A stretch of DNA of 61,913 nt, counting the filler, from Streblomastix strix (Eukaryota): the NCBI GenBank assembly GCA_008636045.1. It is 4 parts of 4 records of this genome, joined end to end, with 100 filler letters (N's around TTAATTAATTAA, not from the genome) between each part and the next. Parts side by side here need not be neighbours in the genome. Positions count along the whole stretch, not along the records: positions 1 to 15,405 come from SNRW01000990.1; 3 more parts are not named here. The stretch is one strand, 5' to 3'. This document shows, one piece after another, positions 1 through 11,818 of the stretch. Each line of letters starts with the position of its first letter. Position 1 is the first letter of the stretch. The notes under the pieces were generated by a model. It was not told the origin of the DNA. It ran no database searches and was given only the letters and a program-made list of their open reading frames with translations. Both the position numbers and the translations under genes were made by a program.

Positions 1-312
1 TATTCTTTGATAATTTTGGTCATTATTGCTGTTTTATTATTGTTGTTGTTATTGTTATTGTTGATCTTTGTCTTTGAATCACTTATTCGTTCTTTTTACG
101 CAATTTTGCAACTTTCATTTCAAAGTTTAAAGTATAGAGTGTGAGTTAACAAATATAATAACATCATTATAATATTATCTATTTATTTTTATTTAATCTT
201 GATTAAATTTGAGATTGGATAATATTTGAAATTTTGAATTTATTAAGTTATAATTTAAACGCATGGTTAAATGAATGGTAATTCTATTTTATCTTATATT
301 GATATAGTTTCT

Positions 313-1389
313 TCACCATTGAACAGATTTATCTCCAATCCTGGTCACTGCTGTTGGATATTTGATTTTCTTTAGAGATCGAATAGTGCAAGTTGATCCT
401 GAATAACACATTTCAATCTGAATTTCAATAATAATATAAATTATATTAGATTACGAAAATAATATCATATTCATACAACAAAACGAATTTTCTCTCTAAT
501 TCCAGATATGTAAACTGGTTATTGTACATTGTTGAGGAAGTAAGTAACTGTACCTTTCTTTGAATTATATTCCAATCTCACAATATCATTGTTTCTGAAT
601 CCTGTGTTTCCATATGTACTATTCGCTTTATAGTAAACATTACCCATCAAATATCTAATCAGATTAAAAAATTAAAATTAAAAATAAATAATAAAAAAAT
701 GATTTACAAACCTTCCAGCAAAAGCAGCAATATGTTGATTGTCTAAAATAAGAATCAACTAAAATATTAAAAAGAGTAAAATAAGAAACAATGAACAAAC
801 GGTGACGGCCATTCCAATATGCTCCAGCTGGAATATTGTATGAATTACGAACTATTCCAATCGCTGTCAATTCAAATGCGAAATAATTAATCTAATTAAT
901 AAATACTGAATTCAAACCTCCATTACCATTATCAAGTGTCAAATTGAACTCAACTTCTAAGGAGTGTATACCATACTCCATTATTTATGTTAAAGAAACA
1001 GTATTATCATTTTATTATTTTTTAGTTATCCTCTTCATCACTCCATCAATGTCTGAAAATTCAATATCTGAAGGATCTGGATTAAGGATGCCAACTTAAT
1101 GATCTGATTTGATTGATGAATAAATATAACATTATAAATAAAAGATTCTTTTGAATTAGTAAGGAATAAAAAATGTTTTTCATTTCCTAATTTATTAGTT
1201 AATTATACATAATGTCTTTATAATTTTATAGAATCAAGGATGATTTTTCAATTGAAATGTCTTTTTGTTGACTCCAAGAAACTAAACTGCATTAGATATT
1301 GATCTTATTTCAGATAGAATTTCCAACAAGATATATTCACCAAGTCCAATCAATCCTTCAACAACATTATATTCTTTAGGAACAGTCAT
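313..1389 (-). pseudogene. SPRY/B30.2-like domain protein with a short helical N-terminus; one in-frame TGA
   Basis: Code-6 translation MTVPKEQCVEGLIGLGEYILLEILSEI...KNHP*FYKII, then AIGIVRNSYNIPAG, GNTGFRNNDIVRLEYNSKKGTVTYFLNNVQQPVYISGIREKIRF, ending ...SVQW-TGA (313-315). Premature TGA at 1234-1236; GT-AG introns. Confidence 0.65.
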
Positions 1390-1708
1390 TTAAAAAATAT
1401 TCTGTCAAGTAAAATAAATAAATAATTGTTTGAAAATATTTGGTAGTGAATAAAAAAGAATTATTATATTAATATATTAATATAAATAATATTGAACGTT
1501 TAAATGTGAATTATGCAAAAATTAGTAATTTCAAGCTATTCAAATTATGTAATTATGATTTTAAATATCAAAAAGTTTAAATAAGTTTTCTGAAGCTAAA
1601 TAAGTGAATATGTGTACAAAATTAAGGAATAAACATAAATATAATAATAATTAGTAGATAATTATCAAATATAAAGAGATTTAATTGGAATTTGTGGCTG
1701 AAAAGGTA

Positions 1709-1875
1709 CAGTTATTCCCCGTTCTTGTAAATTTATAAATTTTGCTTATTTTCTTACAATAATAAAAGTGAAATTTTCGATTAATGAGTGTAGTAAATTT
1801 AATACTAACATAATATTATTATTTATTAATTAAAATAAATTAAATTTACAAATTTACAAAAACGGGGAATGACTG
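1709..1875. mobile_element. 167-bp MITE, Tc1/mariner-type (TA TSD, CAGT ends)
   Basis: 34-bp TIRs CAGTTATTCCCCGTTCTTGTAAATTTATAAATTT versus reverse complement CAGTCATTCCCCGTTTTTGTAAATTTGTAAATTT (3 mismatches); TA at 1707-1708 and 1876-1877. Confidence 0.85.
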
Positions 1876-2284
1876 TATTAACTCCACCATTTGAACCAAT
1901 TAAATTTGTCTTAGGTTCAATAAATTAAAAAAATTAAAAAATCTTATTTAATTTAATTAAGTTGCAAACAATGATATTCAACTTTGAAATGGTAAATAAT
2001 TTAATTGATAAAACGTTTCTTGATTCAATTGTTCGCCTTGCACTGTTTCAATCCAAATATTTTATTATTGAACAACATTTAAAACTTGAAGTATATTCAT
2101 TTTTCAAATTAAACTATATATTGTATTATAGTAGCGATCAAACAAACTTGTGAAACTTTAAATTCAGAATTACTCTAGCAAAAAGCATTTAATAAGTAAT
2201 TTATTTAAAAAAAATCGATTTTAATTTTTAAACATTAAATTATTTTATCCATATTTTTATGTTTTATAAAGTAATAATTAATTT

Positions 2285-5195
2285 ATGAGCGACAAACTTC
2301 GAGGAATTGTCGGGCGAATTTTCCGAGAGAACTTAAATGCATACAATGATTCTGAAGCACTAATTTTGTTTATGGTTAAGCGTGTAATGGCATAGCATGC
2401 AGATGAATTTGCAGTTGGTGGTATATTAAATGAAGAAAGCGAGCAAAGAATAATTGATGTTTGCAATTCATTTTTCTTTGAAATTTTTTGTTTTAATTTC
2501 CTTTATTGTAATTATTAAGCTAACAAAAGAAGAATTACGTTTAGAAAACAGTGTTCCTTTAAACACGATGAAGATGCAAGTTGCTTTTTATATGCGATCA
2601 AGTGAAGAACAAGAACAATCCGCAAAAAAATTCAGCGACAAAGAAACGGAGTCTAATTAGCTGTGTGAAGCGATAATAGAAACTAAGAAGAAGGTTTAAA
2701 CCAGTCGTGCTCGTGTTGGTTTGAATTAATTTATATATTATATTTAAATATTTATTTAATTTTCCCTAAATCTGTCTCATATTTATTTATTTATGTTATA
2801 TTATACAGAAGATCTCTTTGATCCACTTCTTAGCTTTATTTTCTGCAAAACTGCACCAAACTCAGACATAAGCATACAAAAAATTAAGGATGAAGTAGCC
2901 ACTGCTTTAGAAAGGTTAAATTTTATAATCTACTATTTTTTTATTTAAAGCTTTTATCTATAATTATTTTAGAATAAATTAATTATATATAAATATATAA
3001 CTTCATTCATTTATTTATTTATTTATATCACATCACTTAATATTAATACTTAGTGTCCTCCCAAAGAAAGACCTCGTATCACTAGTGAAATTGAGTGACA
3101 CAGATCTTCGAGGCCAGTTGAATGAACTTGCAGACATATGTTTGGGGATCAGGTTATTCCACAAACACTCAGCTGTTGGATCAGAAGATCTCCTTGATTA
3201 CTAACTTCTATGTGATTCAGATGCAGCAGAACTAGCTCGTATGGTTGAACACGCACTTAGAAGCACAAAAGACACAGTACGTGGTTATGAACTTGAGATA
3301 ATAAAAAGATCTGCAACAGCTGAAGTTACAACTACTTCATCCAGTAGTCATGACGGAGACGAATTAGATCCATTGAGTTAACTTGCAGTTCTGACAGCTG
3401 AACTTAGTGATAGAAGATAACTTTGTGCTTTCCTTGAATAGATAGCAGCTGAATTAGCAGAAGTACAGACATTTGTAGAAGGAATATCAGCTGAACATCA
3501 AAGAGCACTTGATGAACTTAGATTGATTGTTGGTGGGAAATAGGCTGTTCCTAAAGGATAAGTTTATGTATGTGGTTATTTATATATGTAATATATACAT
3601 CGAATATATTCATATCTATATTGATTATTTAAATATTCATTTCTAATATTTAATTAAATTAATATATAAATAAACAGCCTCGTTTTGTAAACCTCGCTCG
3701 TGTGTGGCTTTCACTCCAATGTGCATATGATGATGTGTATGCATTACGTGCTACACTTATAGCTCTGTTATAATTTATGCATCCATAAGAATAAGAAACT
3801 GAACAACAATTGGCTGATTTAATCAATTAAATGAAAGGATCTGATGAAAAGGAAATTTCTTCTTCTTCTGATGTTGCTGTAACTGATAAATCAGGAAAAG
3901 AAAAGAAGCATCAATTCCTTTTATCATCAGATAAGATTAAGGCTTTAGTAAGTGTGTTGTGATTATATGATTTATTAATAATAATTAAAATTTTTAATTT
4001 ATTTATTTATTTTATTTTTATTTTAATTCAGTTGAAGAAGAAAAACGTATTGCTGCTGGGAAAGCACCATTGAAACTTATTGATTCTCATTTTACTTAAA
4101 TAGAAAAACCAAGTTAACGAGGTAATAAATTATATTTAATAATTGGTGATAATTATTGAAATTATTTATAAATTATAATATTTTATTTTATTTATCATTC
4201 AAACTTATTATTCATCAATTTAATTGATATATTTTAGTCGATATCGAACTTGTACATCCATCTTCAAGACAATTCAATGATATAAGACCACATTTTGAAG
4301 TATATTCATTCCATAACAAAGAATACAAATATTTACTTTATTAAACTTATATTATCCAATATAATAATATAATTCATTAATTCGTTAATAATTCATAGCA
4401 TATTATTATATTTTTGTATATATACTTATAATATATATAACAGGGTTTTTGTCCAGTCTGTTTAGTAGAGAGACGAGGCATGTTATAAGAAGGAGATCCA
4501 ACAACATTAGGATACTTAACATGGAATGTTGAACGACTTAGATTGAGTTTTGCATTTTCATCTAGAGCATGCATGGATTAGTTCAAGAAGAATCCTAAAT
4601 GGTATGTAGACTCAATATATCATGCATCTAGAACATCACCTGAGCTTATATATGTTCTGGGATTGAAGAATGAATTCCCTGATATGGATGTGTTTCCTGC
4701 AAGAGGACCTGTACTTACAAGAGCTCAGGCATTTGCTAATGTATGAATATATATAATAATATGAATACAAATTGATATAATGATTATAATTATTAATTAA
4801 TTAATAATTCTTATCTCTCTTTCTCTCTATAATACATACAACAGCTCCCATCATCTGAACCCACAGTTGCATTAAAAGTTGATTCAGACAGTTAGACACC
4901 CACACACTTCATTACCCAGAAGATAGTCCCTAGTTATGAGTGGAATGAATGGGCACTCCGAAGGAAAGCGATGCAACTTGTCCAACTGAAGACCAAGAAG
5001 ACTCACTCAGCACAGACAGATGCATCTCATTTCAGAAGGGAGGCAGAGACATAAGCTTATGAGATAAGGGATAATGAGACTAACACTGGACATAACACTG
5101 GATAGAACCCGAAGAAGACTGTTAAATATTATAAGGGACTGCGTGGGGCACCGACTGCGAAGATGTCTGTGGTGACACTGGATCTGGATATTTGA
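2285..5195 (+). CDS. CFAP206: Cilia- and flagella-associated protein 206, multi-exon
   Basis: MSDKLRGIVGRIFREN...LNTMKMQVAFYM; GFCPVCLVERRGMLQEGDP; C-terminal QTPTHFITQKIVPSYEWNEWALRRKAMQLVQLKTKKTHSAQTDASHFRREAETQ...YYKGLRG, all CFAP206 hallmarks. TGA at 5193-5195; short GT-AG introns. Confidence 0.92.
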
Positions 5196-5900
5196 AATTA
5201 TGGTCGTGTGGTAGTAATATCTGTTCGAAACACTAACACTATAATAAACCTATGATTTTAATATACTTATTGACTAAAATTTGAATTTTATATTATTTAT
5301 GACCAATTTAAATAATTATACGTAAATTAACATAATGTTTAATGTATTTATGATAAAATTAAGGAACATTCAAACTAATTTTTCATAAAAAAGTAATAAA
5401 ATTAATTATTACCTGTAAATTGTTGAAGAACTCCAGAAGTTCTAAAAACAACAAATTCCTCAGTATGTGTTTTATTATTATTTACGGAAAGTTGGATTTT
5501 TGTTAATTTTATTAATTAATAGTTAATTTTGCAATAATCAAAAGAATGCATTGGAATATAAGCCTTAAAACACCTTTTAAATTTATAAAAAATAAAATTG
5601 CTTGAAACACAGAAGACAAATTTACAATTTCTTTTTAAATACGCTATTAAATTTTATTTATTTATTTTATATTAGAATGATAGCTTCTTTACCATTTAAT
5701 TCATCCATTTACTAACTTGAATGATCTTTCTTATTCACAACTATTTAATTCCAAACGGTCTTGTTCTATTAATCGATATATTTACTTAATTATTAACAAA
5801 CAAATATTAATCCTTTTTATTAATTCTTCCATTTAGTATTTTAATAAATTATATGAAAAAATTATAATGTAATTTTTTTTCCTAATATCATCTTAGACGA

Positions 5901-8900
5901 ATGGATTGGAAGGAAATTCTACGTAGAGAGCGACATGTGGTATGATTTTTTTATTTTTATAATATATAAAATACTCTTCTTCTCATCAGCCAATTCGTGA
6001 ACTTGGTTTTGAATTTTTGCTAAATGAATTTTTTTAATTATTCATACATATTTTAGGTTAAGGCTAATATGGAAAGCGTGATAATGATAAAAATTATTTA
6101 TTTTTAATTAATTTATATATGAAATTTTAACATTATTTATTTTAGAGTTTATTTGGCCTATAACTTTTAAGAAGAGATTCTTATGGCTGTTAAAATTGAT
6201 ACAAATAAAAAGACAAGTATCAGAGAATATTATACATAAATTAATCTAGACACGTATGTATTTATTTAAATTTGATATTAAATTCATATATTTATAAATT
6301 AGACATTCCATATTTGAGAATTAAGGTAGTCATAGTCCATTTATTCTAAGAAGTCAAGAATATTATAGCTAATATTCTTACCCAATATTTCTTGTAGAAT
6401 ATGCAAATATGAAAGTTTGAAAGAATTATTTTATTTTTATTAATAATAATTTTTCTTTCTATTGATGTAGACTTTATTAATTATTGCTGAATAATCTCAT
6501 ATTCAACTACCATCTTACACGATAAGAGCACTGATGAAGTAGATACGTATGAAAATTTTATTATTAATATAATTTTTATTCATTTTTATTCATTTTTCAT
6601 AAAGTGGAAGGAATGAGATCGTTTCATTCTGTTGGCTTAGTTCATCGGTATTTTCATTTATTTAATATTTAATTTACATTATAACAATTTAAATATTTTA
6701 TAGGGATATCAAATGCGATAATATCTTACTTCATAGTCCGCCTGGATCTGGGCGAGTTCATGTGAAGATTTCAGATTTTGGTTTTGCAAAGAAAGTCGAT
6801 TTAAATAATGAATAAACATATCTAGCTGGGTTTGATTTTAATATCCTTTATATATTTTTATTATCTTTACAAATTTTTCAGAACACTCTCTTACATGGTT
6901 ATATATTTTATTTTTCTTTTAGAACTAATAAAGAAACTGAATCATTATTTTAAACCACTACAATTATCTTAATAGTTTTTTATCGTTTATATTAATTATT
7001 ATTCAGGCCCCAGAATTATTCCAAAAATAAATAAAAATAACTCAAAAAATTGATATATATGCAACGGGAATAATATTCTATCTCATTTTAATACATACAT
7101 TCCCAATAATAGGAAATAGTTATTTAGAATTTCTAATGTATGACAATTATTTATTTAATTATTAATCTGTTATTAAATTCTTTAAAATATTTAATATTGA
7201 TGCAGTATTTTTAGAGAATTGAAGAATATTGAAAGACCAAAAGAAATCACTGATAATCAAATGTGGGACCTCCTTTCAAAGCTATTAGAGTTTGATCCAG
7301 ATAAAAGAATTTCAGCTGCAGAAGCCCTTCAACATCAATATTTTACTTCGCCAGAAGCTTTGGCTGACATTTCACCCTTACAGAAAGAAATTGCCTAATT
7401 AACTGCAACTGAAAAAGAGAAAGGAAAAACAAATATCTCAGAATATGATATTAACCCGTCATTTATTGTTGCTGAATCTGTCATTAAATAGTTTATAATT
7501 GACATTTTTCCTCAAAATTAATTTGATTTATTTAATTGTAATGATGAGAAACTTCTATAATTGTCATCTTTTACAGAGACTTATCCTCATTAATAAAAGC
7601 ATTAGTATCAACAATTAATTTAGCTTTAATAAGATTTGTAAACAGAAACAATAATCACACCAAACAGTTTATCTGCACAATCAGTTTTAGTTTCTTTTGA
7701 ATAAAATTAAACAATATATTCACAAACAGGTTCTTCATAAAATTAAAGTTTGTCATCAGATGAATTAATTGAATTATTTTAGCAAAATTCTCAAAGTGAC
7801 ATTTGTTCTGAAAAGCGGCAACTTTAAGTGGAAGTTGCACCTAAATCATAAATCTTTCAACCAACAATTGAAGAGTTTGATGCTGAATAATAATTAATCG
7901 CAATGGACATGTAATTAGAATAAGTTAAATAAGGATTATATCAGTTCGAGAGAATATCATTACTTGACCGAGATATTATCTTTGCCAACTTGAATAAAAG
8001 ATTATTAAGTAATGGTTAAATGAGAGAAAATGCATTATAAATGGGTATAATAGATTAATTATTGCATATTCTTCATAATTTTCCAATTTAAGATCTATAT
8101 CCCGTCATATTTTAACCTATAATCACACTTATATTATATGGATCTATATAATAAAGGATGATATTATACCATAAAGAATTTTTAAGCTGGACAAAAAGAT
8201 TTCTTAATAGTTAAGATGAAGACATGATATTTAGAGGAGTGTAAATTTTGAATAGAATAATATATAACATCGAAGAAGTAGAATAATCAGGTAAACCAGT
8301 TGATTAACAAGAATAATTGTAAAATGATGGTACATTGACAAAATTATTGGAATTATTTTACAGCAAGGAGGTTCAAAATGAAAAAATTAAAAAATTTATA
8401 GCAAGTATTATAGGACGAATATTTAAATCTAAACCTATTCCAATTGAATTTGGAGTGACAATAGTTAATTATCTTAAAGATTCAATAATAAATGCTAGTA
8501 TAGGAGGTCAAGCTAATGAATAAGATTTGTATATATCAACGATATTATTATTGACACTTCAATTTCTTGCAGAATGTGAAAGTATTCTCATAATTATAAA
8601 GCTTCTTACTATTGAATATTATTTCATTTTTCTTTTTTTATATTATATTTATAATTATTCAGAGAATCATAATATTATTGTATCAGAAAAGTTCATAGAT
8701 GATTTAAATCAAATCCTAATAAATGATTCAAAAAACTTTTGTTATATTGGAATAATCAATCTTCTCATAAAGCTCTTTAAATATGGAACATAATAATCAA
8801 AAACATAAATTATGAAGATAATATCAGTTGATCGTATCAAATTTATAGCCAATTATGGAAATAGCGAATCTAATCAGAAAACATCTATCAAATTATTAAT

Positions 8901-8985
8901 AAAAAATCATAGTTAAAATGTTATTAGCAATGCAAGAGTATTGTTAGAAATGATTAGTTAAGAATAAATAAACAAGGACATGTGA
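5901..8985 (+). CDS. Ser/Thr protein kinase (lineage-expanded family) with Gln-rich linker and C-terminal ARM-like helical region
   Basis: Exons give [82 protein letters not shown]. Long frame open under code 6 to TGA 8983-8985. Start codon uncertain. Confidence 0.85.
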
Positions 8986-9234
8986 AATTTAAATAATTTT
9001 AATATTTTTTCATATCTCTTAAAAAAGTTTTGAATGAAATAAAAAATAAATTAAATCAATTTAATTGAGAAATTCGTAATTTATTAAAAAAATATCATAT
9101 TTGAAATTTGAGGTGTAAGTTATTAATCATATTGATTTGGTAAAAAAAAATTTTTTAAAAAAAATAATATAAGAAATTAATAACTTTAAAATTTATATAT
9201 AAAAGGAAATAAAAAAATAATATATATAAATATT

Positions 9235-9811
9235 GTCTGAATAATTGAATCAGTAGCAGCTCTAACAAGAATCATTTTGTCATCACTTCCATTTCGAACT
9301 CCAATAATATGTTAGATTGTTGTACTCAGAACCTGATAAATAAATTATATGAAAATTGTCAAATAAAAGTAAAATAAAAACAAACAAGTTCTTCATTCTT
9401 TTCAATATTTCATGAAAATTTGTTTAGCAACGGCATCAGTTTGTATTTAGATATCAAATCTCTGTTTTGATGATCATAAATCAATATTATATATTATTAT
9501 ATATTAATAAGAAGATTAATAAAATAAAATAAAGAATTAATACTACCAAATATAATCTCCAATAGTTGTCATAGGGCAGGAACATGAATAATAGAGTTTT
9601 CAGATTCAAGATCTTGAATCAAATGAGGGATTATTGTCTGAAAATTTAATAAAATGATAAAATAAGGAATGAAATATGAAATATGCATACTATAACATTA
9701 TAATCAATCATTGCAACAGCCTGAAATATGAAATATTCATACAGCAACATCAGAAACAGTCATTGTAACAGCTTGTGCAATTTTATCTGGATTAAATGTT
9801 GATTTTTCCAT
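9235..9811 (-). pseudogene. 5' fragment of an ARM/HEAT-like helical protein gene (MEKST family), truncated
   Basis: MEKSTFNPDKIAQAVTMTVSDVA / TIIPHLIQDLES / YKLMPLLNKFS / VLSTTIQHIIGVRNGSDDKMILVRAATDSIIQ in short exons; stops abruptly. Confidence 0.5.
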
Positions 9812-9911
9812 ATGATTAAGGAAATTTAGAGCAAGCAAAGATAATAAAAATAATAATATAGAAATAGATTGAATTGAATGAAAATAAATAATTAAACTTA
9901 TTAAATTGATT

Positions 9912-10921
9912 TTTAAATAATTTAAAAACAATTAAATATGTTTAAGTAATTATTTAAAATTCAAATCTATCATATTTAATAAAATTTATTTTTTATGCTT
10001 TGCTTTTTCCTATATTTCTTTTATAAGATAGAGAAATCAACTTTTCGTCCTGATTAAAGTGCATAATCTTCCATAATGACTGGTTCTGATGTTGCAGTTT
10101 TCATGTTTCATATTTTCTTTCTTATTTGCTCGCTTTATTTATTTATAGACAATTATTCCTCGTTTAATTAAAGATCTAGAATCAGATAATACTAATCTTC
10201 TTGCTCCTGCACTTCGACAATTATTAGAGATTATATTGGATAGTAGAAAGCTTTATGGATAAAAAGCAGGGAAATTAATTTGAGTTAAAGTTAGAGAAGG
10301 CGGAGAATAGAAAAAAGAATCATCTACTAAGAAAGTGGAAGATTCAACATTGATTAATGAATATGAGAAAAATTAATCTGAAATAAGCAACAATGCATTT
10401 ACTTCGAAGATGAAAAAAACTGAAATTGAATCCTTGAATCCACTATCAGAAAGAGGAGAAGAAAATGATGAAGAAGATAATTATGTAAATTCATTACCTC
10501 TTCTACCAGCACCAACTACTTTGATCTTAGCACATCCGCCATTAACTGAATTGTATTAGTTGCTCTTCTATTAAATGCTAATCCATCATTATCAAACTAA
10601 AAAAAAATAATTTCATAAAGAAATAAATTTTTTGATCCCTTTTATTTCAATTTGTATATACTAGTATAGACAGTCATTTTTATATAGGCCATATATCTGG
10701 TACCTTCTGACTCCGAATTCGGTACGGATACTCAAGCTAATGTATCTACTTCACTTGTTGTACCAAATTATGCAGGTTGATCAGGACGATAAGTAGATTT
10801 CTCCTTCTTATAAAAGAAATTAGGCGAAAGCAAAGCTTAAAAAATAAATTTTATTAAATATGATTGATTTGAATATTAAATAATTATTTAAACTTATTTA
10901 ATTGTTTTTAAATTTTTTAAA
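9912..10921. repeat. ~155-bp imperfect inverted repeat (arms 9912-10069 and 10767-10921) made of the upstream region plus first codons of the MEKST gene family
   Basis: Arms align by eye as reverse complements and run into EKSTFRPDQ (+) and EKSTYRPDQ (-). A third, more diverged copy lies at ~9781-9900 (-). Confidence 0.8.
10028..10605 (+). pseudogene. Chimeric pseudogene: MEKST-family 5' exons fused to an unrelated Glu-rich coding fragment
   Basis: Start mutated to ATA. (I)EKSTFRPDQSAQSSIMTGSDVAV / TIIPRLIKDLESDNTNLLAPALRQLLEIILD is paralogous to 9235-9811, followed by an in-frame TGA and unrelated sequence. Confidence 0.5.
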
Positions 10922-11818
10922 TTGGGAATTTCACAATAAAATAGGAAACATCATAAGTTTTGCAGGTATAAATGTGATTTATTTTAATAAAAATTTCATA
11001 TTAGAATTTTGAGGTGTTTAAATGATTAATCATATTGATTGAGTGTAAATAAAATTTTAAAAAATAAAATAAGAAATTAATAACTATAATGTTTTTGTGA
11101 AAAAGGAAAGATTAGACTTTAATTGTCAAAACATTTAAATAATAATAAAATTAGGTTCGAAAGCTTCGAAAAATACGTTAAAAAAAGCAAATATTATCAA
11201 ATAATAAGTAAAATTTAGACTTTAAATATATTTAAAAATTTCGTGATGTATAAATATTTGGATAAGTAGAAAATAGTAATTTTTAAAAAAATTAAATAGT
11301 TCTTCATTCTGCACCAATATATATGATCAGAATATAATATTGATAAAATTATACATATCAAAACAATATTGTCTATTAATTATTTGTTACTGATTTAATG
11401 TAAAACTGGATTTTGGTTTAAACTTAAAGTTCTTCAATCAAATTTGTTTTATGTAGATTAATATTTAAAAATGAATCTTTTCTAAATAATTTTTTAAATC
11501 AAAAGTATCAAATATAACAACTAAGTCAAGAAATAACTGTTAGTTCAAACAATCATTCATTTCTGCATAACCATAGTTAAAACTTGTTTTTAAAGTCAAT
11601 CCTTAAATAAATATTTTAAATATTAGTAATATTATATTAAAAATTTTCATATATTATTAAACATAATCTTTCCACAAAGATAAATATTTGTTTTCTGTTT
11701 TACTCATAATTCTTTTTATCAATTTTTTATTTTATTTGTTTAATTTATATAATTTATTTAAATATTTTAATTTTCAAAAATTTAATTCATATTTTATGAT
11801 TTTACCAGAAGAAAAACG

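Noticed and set aside
1..118. Minus-strand CAA/TAA-rich stretch as a gene start
   Set aside because: Frame ambiguous, cut by the window edge, no recognisable motif.
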